From Chiloscyllium plagiosum (lineage: Eukaryota), in assembly GCF_004010195.1 (NCBI RefSeq), contig NC_057719.1:33441520-33505519 (forward strand): 64,000 bases of DNA. The letters run 5' to 3'. The notes beneath the pieces are model-generated. The model did not search any database. It was not told the origin of the DNA and was given only the letters and a program-made list of their open reading frames with translations. The position numbers and the translations under genes are program-made. Each line of letters starts with the position of its first letter. Positions within the stretch are counted from its first letter, which is position 1. Shown here one piece after another: positions 1 through 12,891 of this stretch.

Positions 1-1384
1 ACCAAATCCTCCCCAAGACAACTAACCCCCACTGCCCCACAAGGTAACTTCCAAACTTTAAATCATCAATTACATCTATTTATTCCTTCACACCAACTCC
101 AATTGATTCCAACCTCAGTCCTCCCCTCCCCCAATCTTGATTTCTTCTACATCCCTGAGCCCCAAATTTGCCTTTAACTTCTCATGCCTCTACCCTCCCA
201 ATCATGGCCATGATTGCTCATGTCACCCCTGCTATGGATTACTGGGAATTATTCCCACAAGTTCCTGGCTACAATCCCCTGGTACTAATACTGCTCCCCC
301 CCCCCACCCCACCCCATCACAAAGACACTCCATTATCACAGTGTCATGCAGGAGTCTGTACTGGTTTATCCAAATAAACTCTGGCTCCTGCAGGGCTTTT
401 TTTGCCCACTAATGGGATTAACCCAATACTTCCACCTGAGGGCCACAATTCTGAGCCATCGCACAACATTTTTTCAATTGCTGGTCTTCAATGTTTCTGT
501 TACCATGCAGAAAAATTCATTTTTCTTTCAGTACAAATTGACTCTTTTTCTATTTTCATATTGATGAAATATTTAAATATTTAAACTTGCCTGTCTCATT
601 ATTTCAATGCCCACAAAGGAACTATACACCACATCATTCTGCGTGATTTTATCATTAGAACTCATTATCCTGTTGTAATCCAATATCTCCAGACTCTCAA
701 AAGTGTGGCTGACCACTCCTCCTTCAGTCTTCCCATTTCCAGCTTCTCAAGACCCAAGAATGGAAGTACCCAGATGCTCTACCCAGCTTTATTATTTTAC
801 GAGCATTTTTTTTTCAATCTTGGTGATTTACTATGCGATGGATCCTATTTTTATATGTGGTATTTCAGTATAAAAATAAACAAACAAACAAACTTGACAC
901 TTTGGTCAAAATATAAATATTTTGAGCTAAATCAATACCTTATACTCATAAAGAGAAACTGCTGTTGCAACAACATTCCAATTCACCACAGGTCTAGTAT
1001 AGATTGACATTTGAAGAATTTCATCAATCTTAACAAATTAATTGAGTCCAAATTTTACCCAGCCACAACTCTCATCCTTACAGCTCAAAACTCCAGCTCC
1101 ACACTCGAGAGGTTGTTCCGCATATTGTTTTAGGGCTAGCATGATTGAGCAAATCTGGTTACTTAACACTTTTGGTCTACTCCACAAAACAATTAAAAAT
1201 ATGTCACTAGGATCTATAATTGTAAATCAAAACAATTATTTCCAAGAGTTTTTCATTCAACTGCAAGGTTTTTATTCTAAAAACACAAGTTCAACCATTA
1301 ACCATAACACTTTTGCCTTTGAGTCACAATGTTTGGATTTCAATCCCACTGCAGGGACTTGGGGAATGGAGGCTTGAGCCCTGG

Positions 1385-2110
1385 GAATTGTCAGTTGTAG
1401 AGAAGACTCAGAATGAGCCTTGGGAGTCTTTGGTAGTTAAATGCAGCTGAAGATGGGGGTGAAAGAAACCCATAGGCAGGTTTTGTTTGGTATAGGTGAG
1501 AAACATTAGAGCCTGAAGAAACCCAGGGGCAATGTCACCATTGGCTTGGTAAAGCCAACTGTTTGTGAAAGAGATGGAATTGTGTCTGAGATTAGACAGT
1601 GGAGCGTGGTCTTGGGAATCCAGAGAAATGCAAACTCGGGAGAAGAGATTGTACACCAAAATGTGAGCAGCTGTTGATGCAGTCTATGATAGTGCGACCT
1701 TTGAGAGAGTTCCAAAGTTTGAGTTTTGAAAGTGAAGAAATGTAATGTCTTGTAAAGAAAATAAAGATTTAATGATATTTAGTGAGACAGTGTCACTACA
1801 ATCTGGGTGTCGAGAGTGCTGAGAAATCTGTGGGGGCTGTTTTGAACACATTTACTACTTAATGTGCTTTGCTAAGTGCTCAGTTGTCTGTTACCCGTAT
1901 TTATCTCATTTTAAATCTCAGCTTTCTTTATTGGTTGATAAGTTGTGTAGACATTGTAGATTGTTTTAGCATTCTAACTGCATAAAGTTTAGTTTATTGG
2001 TTCAAAACCATGGACCTTGTGGCTTTATCCTATGATTAGATAGCTGGGATTTCAAACTTCATCAACTTGAAACATAAAAGGTTACTGGTCCCAGGTGAGA
2101 CCATATAAAT
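1385..2110 (+). mobile_element. Possible old, decayed LTR-like element
   Basis: AG-rich then T-rich composition resembling decayed shark LTRs, ending near ...ctggtccca...catata. No clean termini or TSD seen. Confidence 0.25.
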
Positions 2111-2766
2111 TTGGTGATCTTGGCAGGTTATTGCAATGCTGCCTTTTATTAAAGATGTGAACAGTCATTCAGGTCTTGATGACTCTGCATTCTTACTCTC
2201 TGCCAAGGAGTGGTATGATTTAACTGGTCAAGGGGCAATGTCTTGCAGCCTATGAATGTAAGAGTAGAATTCTCTCTCAGTATTTGCCCATTAGAGTCAT
2301 ACTGAATTATGCAGTCAGTTTTCTGTCGGACAGTACACAGGTCCCAGTCATAGCGTGGACATCTTGGTTGATGCTCCCAGCAGTGAAACAGACAGGAATT
2401 AGATTACCAGTAGTAGAAAATTCAAATTGAAATTCTGGAAAAATATATTGGCAGGCATTTCCATATATTAGCAGAATTCAAATTAACTTTATTCCTTGTG
2501 GCAATGTTTGTGTCACCATTGATGACTAAAAAAGCATTTAAAGCAGAGCTGCAATTTCAACTTTGATTAGTTTGAAACTAACTATTGCTTGGAACTGCTG
2601 TTTATTGCATTAAATACCAAAATATCTGTCATTTTAAACTGAGCTGTCCTCACCCCATTGCCCTGCAGAGCTGACAGCTCCATGTCATGTGCTCCCTGGC
2701 ACCAAGGAGCAGCTACCAGACAGCAGCCTATCATGTGCCTCCGGTAGATGACAACCTCATTAATAT

Positions 2767-2980
2767 AGGAGAAAGTGAGGACTGCAGATGCTGGAGACCC
2801 ATTGTTGAAAAATGTTGTGCTGGAAAAACACAGCAGGTCAGGCAGCATCTGAGGAGCAGGAGAATTGACATTTTGGGCATAAGCCCTTGATTCCTGAAGA
2901 AGGGCTTATGCCCGAAATGTCGATTCTCCTGCTCCTCGGATGCTGCCGGGCCTGCTGTGTTTTTCCAGCACCACATTTTT
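2767..2980. mobile_element. Penelope-derived fold-back (hairpin) element
   Basis: Inverted arms (gaaaaatgttgtgctggaaaaacacagcagg... / ...cctgctgtgtttttccagcaccacatttttc). Flanking direct repeat caacctcattaatat at 2752-2766 and 2981-2995. Same terminus as the GIY-YIG-bearing element at 43389-44299. Confidence 0.8.
2894..2921 (+). ncRNA. Minimal hammerhead ribozyme-like motif (slightly decayed)
   Basis: CTGAAGA-A-GGGC-TTAT-GCCC-GAAA-T-GTC; helix I is weak. Confidence 0.55.
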
Positions 2981-3113
2981 CAACCTCATTAATATTTAGA
3001 GTTTGGAGTCTTAAAATGCTAATTACTATTAAAACAGCAATTTAAACTAGCCATTATAATTGTTGAGCCAAACGCCAGATTCTCCAGTGAAACCTGTCAG
3101 TAAGTCAATGTAG

Positions 3114-3282
3114 TCAAAAGGTGTGGCACTGGAAAAGCAAGCTGGTCAACATTTGATGTACTGTTTATGCTCAAAATGTCAAATCTCCTGCTCCTCAGAT
3201 GCTGCCTGACCAGCTTGCTTTTTCCAGTACCACCGTGTTTTGACTCTGATCTCCAGCATCTGCAGTCCTCACTTTCTCTGAA
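3114..3282. mobile_element. Penelope-derived fold-back element
   Basis: Inverted arms, terminus ctccagcatctgcagtcctcactttctc, TSD taagtcaatgtag at 3101-3113 and 3283-3295. Confidence 0.75.
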
Positions 3283-4652
3283 TAAGTCAATGTAGGATTA
3301 GATGAAATATATTCCAAGACCACGCAGGGAAACCCTGCGACTCCTCTGCCCTTTACTGTCTGAGCGCCTTCCACCCACCCCGCACAACTGACTTCGTTTC
3401 GGATGGAATATTGGATCCTCGGCAATAATTCAAGTGCTCACTCCCACTCACTGAACAGCTATCTACAAGGTCTTTAATGGTCTGGTCTCAAGCAAGTTAG
3501 GGACCAGATACACACTGAAAGATGTACATTCAAATCCTTCAGAACTCCCAACACAATGTCAATGAGTTAGTTACCCAAAAGCTTAAACCTCCAGTGGAAC
3601 CTGGAATCTGTTTAAAAAAAGAAATCAGCAACTGCAAGTGAGAGTTGGAAATTTCAGAGGGTTTGGATTTAACAACCTGGACAGTTACCCAGGAAATGTT
3701 AGAGGACTAAGACCGGCTCTAACTCTAACTCATCCCGAACCCCAATCACTCACACACTGAGTAACCCTCCCCACCCCACCAACATCTGACAACTTCCACA
3801 CTCTGTGGAAGGCACAAGAAACTCCAAGCATTGTTTAATTGGACACCAGTTCTCATCATCAGGGACTATCAACCAACAGGACCATTCTGGAGCAGAAAGA
3901 AAAGATGTGGGTTTCTTTTGATACTTCCAGTTGTGTTGACACTGTTGGAGAGAGTGCTTGGAGAATATTCACAATATCAGTGCCATGAAGCTTCAATCTT
4001 TTGCACTAGTATCAGCAACCAGAGAAATAATGGCCACATGCAATGTTATCAGATGTTGCAAGTAAGAATGTGCATTATGCCCTCAATGGCCTGCCCTCGG
4101 CCTGCACCATTAAACAGGATGCAGGAAAGACTCACTTTGGTTATTCAGCACATCACTAATGTGAAAAGTGCTCTCCTGTTCTTTGCTATCAGGTAAATAC
4201 AGCCCATGAGAGGGAAGATAGCGAAAGCTAATCACAATACCTAACAAGACACAAAATGCTCCTTGCAACACTTACACTGCTGTCCCAATCTGAGCTCCAC
4301 CCTTAGTTCAGAAATCTCTATTGGGGTCCTGTCAGGATTCAAAATAGCAGAAATCTTGAGCTGCAAATCCAGAGGATGTCAGTCAAGAGTACTGGAACTA
4401 CCAGAGCATCAATATGAACAGGCTGCCTCAAGATGTTCTGACAAGGGTTGTGTCATGCAGGGGTGGATGAGAAAGGAACTGTAGTTGCCCAAGAGTATGC
4501 AGCTAGTTACATTTCTCAATACTATAAAATTTAATACACTGCTCCATAGTGCTGTCTTGATCATTTTTTGCCTATTGTTTCTCATGTGACCTTCTTTCTT
4601 ATGATAAATAATAACAGTTATTGATGAACAATGCATGTCAGTGAAACCTGTT

Positions 4653-4921
4653 GAACATAGAACATAGAAGAATACAGCGCAGTACAGGCCCTTTGGCCCT
4701 CGATGTTGCGCCGATCCAAGCCCACCTAACTATGCCCCCTCGTAATAGCTGACTCCATACGTGGAAAAAGGTTCTCACGGTCAACCCTATCTAAACCCCT
4801 AATCATCTTGTACACCTCTATCAAGTCACCCCTAAACCTTCTTTTCTCCAATGAAAATAACCCCAAGTGCCTCAGCCTTTCCTCATACGATCTTCCTACC
4901 ATACCAGGCAACATCCTGGTA
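4653..4921 (-). mobile_element. CR1 LINE 3' fragment
   Basis: ORF 4726..4914 SYEERLRHLGLFSLEKRRFRGDLIEVYK is the CR1 ORF2 C-terminus; (agaacat)n tail. Confidence 0.9.
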
Positions 4922-5859
4922 AAAAATGTGGGACTAGTTGATGCAAGTATTTCATGGGAATCAATGGGTTCAGAAAGTGTTTGGCACTTGGTACACAGCC
5001 TCAGTCTAAGTCAAGTGTGTTGGAATCAGGCCATCCTGGACACCTGAGGAATCAGGCATGTTGTGATATTAGGCCCTCGTCACTACCTGCTCTTCCCATA
5101 AAGAAGCAAGGTGGTTAACACTTTCCTATTCCAGGAACTTCTGTGCTTGCTGGGTTTTTTTAAATAATGCTGATTGTCAGCCAGCATCCATTGTATTTTA
5201 GATGCATCTTATTTCTATACTTGTCAAGTATTGTTGGCCATGTTTTTCAAGGTTCTCCATCAGTTTCCAGGAACCATCCGCTATCTCTGGCTCCAAGTGT
5301 AAGGACCTCAGGTTGGCTTGATTGGCAAGTGATGAGAGCAAAATGGCATTTTTTTTGTATTTAGTAATGCCGTAGGTCTAATTTTCAGCACTGACTCATT
5401 AGTTTACAGGAACAAAGACAAAAAAAATCTTTTCAGCTGTCAAAAAATGCTGCTGACATTTCAGTTTTGAATATTTTCATACAATGCAGTTTTCAATGAA
5501 AGATTATGTACCTAATTTGTCTGTTTATATCCTTTCCTGTTCAGTTTTTGACTTCTTGCTATTTGTGAAAACAAAATTAGCAACAATTGACATGTCTTTT
5601 CCATGTCAAGTTTGACTGTTGTCATATTATAAACATAAGACTTCCTTACATTACACTGTCAAATTCCTGGAGACTGTAGATCACAGCAACCACCTCAGAA
5701 CAAGTGTCCTATTGTCAACCTTTATCAAAATCTCAGTGTTATTGGTTCCTTGGGATTCTACATCAACAGAACAATAGCTTACAAATGTCCATTTGACTGA
5801 GCTCAGGCACATGTGGCCTCATCTGACTGATACAAAGACATTTGCTAACCTCTGGAAAA

Positions 5860-6005
5860 CGCATAGAACGTTTGACGAAGAATCATCAACCTGAAACATT
5901 AACTCAGGTTCTCTTTCCACACATGCTGTCAGACCAGCTGAGTATTTTTAGCATGCTTTTTGTAAAAAAAACACATGATTATCAACGTCTGCGGTATTTT
6001 GCCTG
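5860..6005 (+). mobile_element. Decayed Penelope-like terminal fragment
   Basis: cctgaaacattaactc...ttccacacatgctgtcagaccagctgag resembles the terminus seen at 8090, 41205 and 53025. Confidence 0.55.
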
Positions 6006-6499
6006 TGTGCTCAGAATAATTCAAATTGGTCTGAATCAGACCTCTTCTTATGTGTTTTCAAAATTAGCTATGAGCTTGTATCAGCAATATTGCTTAACAC
6101 GGAAAGCAGAAAAAAGGCACTAATCCACTGACACGGCAAAACATTGCATGCCATTTTTGAGAATTATATGAGCAGATGGAGAACAGCTTTCACCTTTAAA
6201 CATAGGCTTTGTACAGCGAGATCAATAATTCATTCCGTGCCGGAAAATATTTTTTAAAAAAGTAGTATTTAGGTGTCACACAGGAGAGTTTTGCAGACAA
6301 TAACAAACCTTTGTATTTACATAACATTCTTAACAAAATAAAATGTCCCAAGGCACTTCACAGGAGAACTTAGAAGCAAATATTTGACAGACATATATTT
6401 TAGATTAATTTCTAGTGTCCAAATTTGAGAGCGGACAGGTAGACAGAGAAAACTATCCCCGTTAACAGAAGGACTGAGAACTAGAAAACACAAGTATGA

Positions 6500-6990
6500 A
6501 TAAAGTGCTGGAGAAACTCAGTAGGTCTGGAAACATCTGTGGAGAGATAAATAGCTATTGTTTCAAGTCCGGCATGACTCTTTTTTAGAGCTCGAAGGAA
6601 TTAGAAAATGCTATTTTTCAAGCTAAAGACAGATGGGGTGGAGGAGCACATGGAACAGATTGTAAGGATGCCCAGAGCAAAAGACAAAAGCAGTGATAAA
6701 AGGAGAGGGAGATGTGTAAAATAGACATCTAAAATAGATCTAAATATTAACTGCGAAAATGAGAAAAATCAGTCTGCTCTACTGAGGGAAAAGTCAACAA
6801 GATGCTTGCCATTTTGATAAAATACATTGCTGTTAACATTCCCATTCTTGGCCTGCTACAGTGTACCAGTGAAGCTCAATATACCTAAAAGATTTAAGCA
6901 TTCTACAGCCTCTGGGACTCAATATTGAATTCCACAACTTCAGAGCATGACCTCTGACCTCCCACCCTCTCCTGGCTCTGTCTTGTGGCT
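6500..6990 (+). mobile_element. Decayed Penelope-like element with GIY-YIG C-terminal remnant
   Basis: About 6835-6945 encodes NIPILGLLQCTSEAQ...LQPLGLNIEFHNF-like pieces; inverted terminus at 6500-6600. Confidence 0.65.
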
Positions 6991-7495
6991 ATCCAGTGAG
7001 GGGATCAGCTTTTTCCAATCAATCCAAAAATGTCTTTATGTCAGACAAAAAACATACCAATCACATACAAGGAAACAACAATGTGGGTTCTTCAATTGTA
7101 GATAAGATTATACACAGAAATCATTCACTGAGAGCCACAAATTGTACCATCTACTTGTATCACTGCCTTTTCAGACTGTGTCAAGTCATGGAACTTGTCC
7201 TTATCGTGCTATGATACTTATATTAGCTTTTATAACATAAAGATGAGATTTTGGTCAGGTATTACTGAAGAATTCAACAAACCTTTATTATAGCTTCTGG
7301 TATTTACATATATACATGAATATCACAGGCAGTTGTTTGCCTGACCTGAAGCTAAGTACTTCGGATGTACTTTAGAACACTTCCCTCAGTATGTCTTCTT
7401 GCAAAAAGACAGAAGTCAGTAAGATGGAGACAGAACTTTATCCCATCAGGTCATATTCCATGACATGGTGGTGCCATTATCAGTATATCATAACA

Positions 7496-7897
7496 ATATA
7501 AGATTTAGGAGCAGGAGTCGGCCATCAGGCCCTTTGAGCCGGCTCTCCCATTCAATAAGATCATGGCTGATCTTTTCATGAACTCAGCTCCACTCACCCA
7601 CATGTTCAGCATAACCTTTAATTCCTTTACTGTTCAAAAATCTATCTTTGCCTTAAAAGTATTCAATGGGAAAGCCTCAGCTGGGCTGGGAATTCCACAG
7701 ATTCACAACTCTTTGGGTGAAGAAGTTCCTCCTCAACTTTGCTCCCCCTTATTTTGAGGTTATGCCCCTAGTTCTAGTTTCACGCGCCTGTGGAAACAAC
7801 CTCCCTGCTTCTATATTATCTCTTTCCTTCATGATTTCATATATTTCTATAAGATCCCCCCTCATTCTTCTAAATTCCAGTGAGGATAGTCCCAGTC
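7496..7897 (-). mobile_element. Old CR1 LINE 3' fragment
   Basis: Typical reverse CR1 tail (ggagcaggagtcggccatcaggccctttgagcc...) and agatcccccctcattcttctaaa. Confidence 0.8.
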
Positions 7898-8089
7898 TTC
7901 AAATCCCAGAGGTGCGTAATAATAAATCTGAGCAGGTTGATTAGAAAATATCTATATTTGCTATAAAATATTGTACACCACAAAAACGCCATATTCTGTC
8001 AAGGTATGTAATGAGTGACAGCAATTTAAAGTACTACTTCCTTAAAAGGTACATTTTATCAGAACATAACACTCAGTTAAAAGGTAATA

Positions 8090-8190
8090 TTCAGAGGAAG
8101 GGTCGCTCGACCTGAAAGGTTAACTTTAATTTCTCTCCACAGATGCTGCCAGACCTGTTGAGCTTTTCCAGCAATTTCAATTTATGTCAG
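8090..8190 (+). mobile_element. Penelope-like terminal fragment with decayed hammerhead motif
   Basis: cagaggaagggtcgctcgacctgaaaggttaac...ctctccacagatgctgccagacctg. Confidence 0.6.
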
Positions 8191-10044
8191 ATTTGTGCAT
8201 TAGGAAGAAGATTAAATGATGTTGGACTTGCAGATTACTATGGAAGTCAATAGCATTGACAGGTGAGAGAAACTAATATATAAAAAAGCAATATGTCAGC
8301 ACTACTCTACTCTCCAATATAAACCTACAGATGTTACTGATTAAGATATTGCCACCATGAAAACAGAAACAGATGATTTTTGAAGTTGGCAGTGGGTAAA
8401 CAGGACAACCCAATTGCAAGAACATTTACAAACCAAAAGAACTGAAGATGCTATAAATCAGAAACAAAACATTCTGAGGAAGAGTCACTCAACCCAAAAA
8501 GTTAACTTTTTTCTCCACAGAGCTTTCCAGAAATCTCTATTTTTGTTGCAAGAACATTTTCTGTGGCAGCGAAGGGTGAAACCCTGGGGTAGACAAACCC
8601 AACTGACAGTATTCACATTCATAAACACACAGTTCCTGAGAGTGACTGAGCACGCTGAAACTGAGAAGGTGAATGAACTGCAAATAAAATTCAACTGAAA
8701 ATGGCCATTCAAATCATCAACATTACAAATTAAAATGGAAGGAGAGCACTGATGTTCTTTCAGTCCTTTTGTTCCCAAATTCTTGATGTGAGCCAACTTG
8801 GATACTTTGTCAAAAGTAAGAATTCACACTGGTATTTCAAATTCCATTTAAATCACAGGATTTCTATTAAACATATTCTCCTAGATTTCCCCTGCCAGGA
8901 TATTTGGATGCATTATTCAAGAGTACAAGTAAAGGCATATCACTGAACAAAAATAAATCTCTGTACCTTATTTTAAAGGTTCTGTTTTAATACATTCCTT
9001 TAACAACTAGGCAGTACATTGATAAAGTTACTTCTTAAATGTAATGCTTTCAAAAAAATGCAAGGATAAATTCAGGCTCTATTCAACAAGTACAATTCCA
9101 AAAAATAAACTATCTTCCTTTTAATTGATTTCTGCTGTAAAAGCAAAGAAACAAGTGGGGAGTTTTTATGGATGTGTTAAATGAGGTCCAGGAGAAGCAT
9201 GCAATGTACAAGTCAGTGTGATGAAGAAATAAAGCAAACAGTCCTTTTCATGGTCATAAAGTAAAGTTGGGCAGAATCCGCTGAGCAGATGAATTTTCCA
9301 CAGAAATACTGATTCAGTCCAATGTGGAACCTAGATATTAACTTCCAGCAGAATTTAGGTGGGTAAGAGCTGAAACTAATGAGAAATCATCTGGCCCACA
9401 GTTTCAGGAAGGTCAGGAGACCTGAGCTCCCAGGCCACAACAGTATAGTCTGCATATGGTTCTGACATGCATCCAGCTTTAAGCATTAGTCAACAGGAGA
9501 GCAGAAGGCTGCTGTTGGAGCCAAGGTATTGAACTAGATGGTTAGGTGGTGGGAGGAGTCAGGAGAAGGTCCCAAATGCATGAAAGGCAAGAAAGGCCCA
9601 AGATTTTATTGTGGAGCATTCCAGACCATAACACTGTAGAAATTTACAACAATGCAACAATGTCACTTGGCTTTTGTTTCTGCCAGCTCTTAGCTGTAGC
9701 GGTTTGTATTAAATGCACTGCCTACCTTGATTTCAGAGCTCCTTGATCTCAAATAGTCCTTAGTCCCTACCAATGATCTGATCTACCCTGACCAAAGACA
9801 GAAAATAAAGCAATTTTGCCATTTCCACCATTTAGTACTTCAACATGTAAACTTACCTCAGCAACAGCAATTAGTCACAAATTACCCTTAGGGAGTGTTT
9901 AATCAGAGTACAGCTCTGCAGGGAGTAGCTTAGCAAGTGGAAGATTGGATTTCAGCACCAGTCCAGTTAGACTTTGTAGCCTTAAATCAAATTAAACAAA
10001 GCTTCACCTGATCTGCAGACAGCTTACCTCAAGGCAGTCATTTT

Positions 10045-10480
10045 GTTCAGACTCAGCTGTGACTCAGTCTTGCCTGTAAGTCCAAGATTCTGTCTGACTA
10101 CAAAGCTTAACAGAAAAAAAAGTCCTACACTCACATGCGAGTGCACTACAAAGGCAGTGCAGCATTGTTGAGTCTACTGTCTTTTGGATGAGCCATTAAA
10201 TCAAAACCCCATCGCTTGCCTAGCTGGATGTAAAAGATTCCATTGCAAATTTCTGAATAAAAGTAGGGATATTATCCCTGATATGCTAACCAATATTAAT
10301 CCCACAATCAAAAATACTAAAACAGATTAACTGGTTATTATTACATTGCTGTGTGAATGTTGCCCGTCATTTTTATTTCCAACATTACAATAGTGACTAT
10401 AACTTTGAACATATTTCATTAGGTGTACAGTGTTTAGAGGTATCTGGTGCTCATGAAAAGCAATGTATAAGTAGAAGTAT
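10045..10480 (+). mobile_element. DeuSINE (SacSINE1/AmnSINE-like)
   Basis: Deu-domain-like core tgtcttttggatgagccattaaatcaaaacccc...taaaagattccattgca...agtagggatattatccctg, followed by an L2-like tail. Confidence 0.7.
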
Positions 10481-11249
10481 TTTCTCTGGGGAAGGGTATT
10501 TAATATTCCCCTCACTGATGTAGAATAATAGGTTGTAAATCAATATTTACATTATTTGATTTGGTGTTTAAGTTTCCGTTTTGTGGAAAAATGTATTAAC
10601 ATTGAACCAACTGCACTGTCAGGCATCGATTGAATTTTACCCAAAATAAGCTGAATGTCAATTTCTAGGAAGTTTCATGAAGGGTTTCTCTCTCTGAGCA
10701 TTCGTAATTTCTCTCATGCTAATCTCCGTAGCTCACATCATTAGCAACTCAGCACACCTCCACAATCCCCACGCACACTATTGTCTACTCACCAGCAGCA
10801 GAGCCTCGACTACCAGGGCTTTGGGGATTCTTGGCACTCTGGTCTGCCTGAAAGTTGATGATCTTCCAGGGGAAAGATTTGACCTTGACTCAGTGTTGCA
10901 GACTGGCGCATTCCAAAGTCCAGGACCACATGCGGAGGTACGTACTAAAGCTTAAACCACAGTCTAAGGTCGTTTTGCCAAAGTATAACGAGGGTCTGTT
11001 CAGATATCGGACCATCTCATTGCCTCATTGTATGTAAATACTGTCCCACATGAGTAAGAAATGCCTTTGGTTTTGTTATTGCAGGAAATGTCAAATTCCA
11101 TTGTTTGTTTTTCTTAATATGCAAAGACAGTAAAAACTGCTTCAGCATCTGTTAATGCAGATAAAGTATATTTTTGCAATAAACAAATTGTTTAAAATGT
11201 AATTATGCAGCAGGCCAAGTGCCATCAGTCCAGAAATGCCCTGCACTAT

Positions 11250-11963
11250 TTCTGACTGTGAGGAATTGCCCTGGAGATAGCTGCTTTGATGTCAGGGAAC
11301 TTGAGGTCCTGGTGGATGGGATGGTGCAGAGCAAGGCTATTTTCTTTCCTCAGAATCACCAGAGGAGCACATGGCACTGACCTATGCCATCCTGGCTTAG
11401 TACCATTTCCACAGACCAGAGAAAAACTCAACAATGCTGCAAGAAGATTAATGAAAGGTTTACAAGGAAAAGGCAGAAAAGTAGATTTAAGGATTATCAG
11501 ATCAATGATCTCATTGAATGACAGAGCAGAATCAATGGGCTTTATGGCCTATTTCTGCTCAGGTCTCCTATTGCTTTATGGTCTTAGCTTTTATATTCCA
11601 CAAGGGTAAGTGCCACCATCTTGTCTCAGCTACCTTAAACTCACCCTAATTCTGCATCCACCACCCAACAAGGCTTATGGTCTACTAATCTCACTGCTGC
11701 ATGTGGCCCTATCCCTCACTCTCACCTGCTCAAACCGCCACATTACTATCATTATGTGTTCTCTACACTGGCTTCACCTTCACTCAGGGCAGCTCACCCA
11801 CTTTGTTCCCCTGTCAATGCCAGCACTATCAGCTGTACCACCACTTCCATCTCACTCAATCCCTCTCCTTTTTTTCCTCATTCCAGGCAAAGAAATGGCT
11901 CGCAATAGGGCAGAGAGAGCCAAGATGGCTGGTGAGGGTGCCCTACATCTGTCTCCTCACTCT
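11250..11963 (+). pseudogene. PIF/Harbinger Myb/SANT-like gene relic with intron
   Basis: CFDVRELEVLVDGMVQSKAIFFPQNHQR...W at about 11283-11400; donor gggtaagt at about 11605; CT-rich intron; acceptor ttccag at about 11887; then EMARNRAERAKMAG. Truncated by a CR1. Confidence 0.6.
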
Positions 11964-12450
11964 CAGGAAAGATTTACAAGGATGTTACCAGGGTTGGAGG
12001 ATTTGAGCTAGAGGGAGAGGCTGAACAGGCTGGGGCTGTTTTCCCTGGAGCGTTGGAGGCTGAGGAGTGACTTTATAGAGGCTTACAAAATTATGAGGGG
12101 AATGGATAGGGTAAATAGGCAAAGTCTTTTCCCTGGGGTCAGGGAGTCCAGAACTAGAGGGCATAGGTTTAGGGTGAGAGGGAAAAGATATAAGAGACCT
12201 AAGGGGCAACTTTTTCACACAGAGGGTGGTACTGGCATGGAATGAGCTGCCAGAGGATGTGTTGGAGGCTGGTACAATTGCAACAGTTAAGAGGCATTTG
12301 GATGGGTATATGAATAGGAAGGGTTTGGAGGGATATGGGCCGGGTGCTGGCAGGTGGGACTAGATTGGGTTGGGATATCTGATCAGCATGGACGGATTGG
12401 ACTGAAGGGTCAGTTTCCATGCTGTACATCTCTATGACTCCATGATTCTA
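11964..12450 (+). mobile_element. CR1 LINE 3' end
   Basis: [15 protein letters not shown]..., CR1 3' UTR and ctatgact tail. Confidence 0.92.
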
Positions 12451-12754
12451 AGTGGATGAAGATAGCTCATGTCGAGATGCTGAAACCTCCATGTCCCAAT
12501 GAGGAAGGAAGACACATTGCCTATTTGCTCTGCTGCTCTCCCATTACCACCACTGCAAATATTCTCTTATCATGCCCAAACATCTACCCCTATTTGGAAA
12601 TTCATTCTGTCTTCTGTTTCCTGCAAATATCAACTATCTACACAGTCTCTGTTCTTAAGAGAGTGGCCCGAAAAACATTTCATCTTCCACCATTTCTGCA
12701 GGATGTGTGGCTTCCTCCTCTAGAGCATGCACCAGCAAAGGCTGCTTCCTGAGT

Positions 12755-12891
12755 GATGGTGAATTCTCCGTTCAGTGTTCTCTGTACCATCACGTCTAGG
12801 AATGGGAGTTGGTTATCTTTTTCTTCCTCTCTAGTGAATTGGATTCCTGAGAGTGTGACGTTGATGATCCGGTGTGTGTTCTCTATTTCTC
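12755..12891 (-). mobile_element. Penelope-like reverse transcriptase fragment
   Basis: Minus strand reads EIENTHRIINVTLSGIQFTREEEKDNQLPFLDVMVQRTLNGEFT, the IxFTxExE...LPFLDV motif of PLE RT. Confidence 0.8.

Noticed and set aside
137..1377. Several overlapping 60-110 aa ORFs
   Set aside because: Low-complexity or chance frames with no recognisable domain or splice structure.
3700..4500. Possible Harbinger transposase relic
   Set aside because: The similarity is too faint to support by eye; no DDE motif could be read.
9850..9985. Minus-strand donor (gtaagt) with upstream acceptor
   Set aside because: All three frames from the acceptor near 9981 contain stops.
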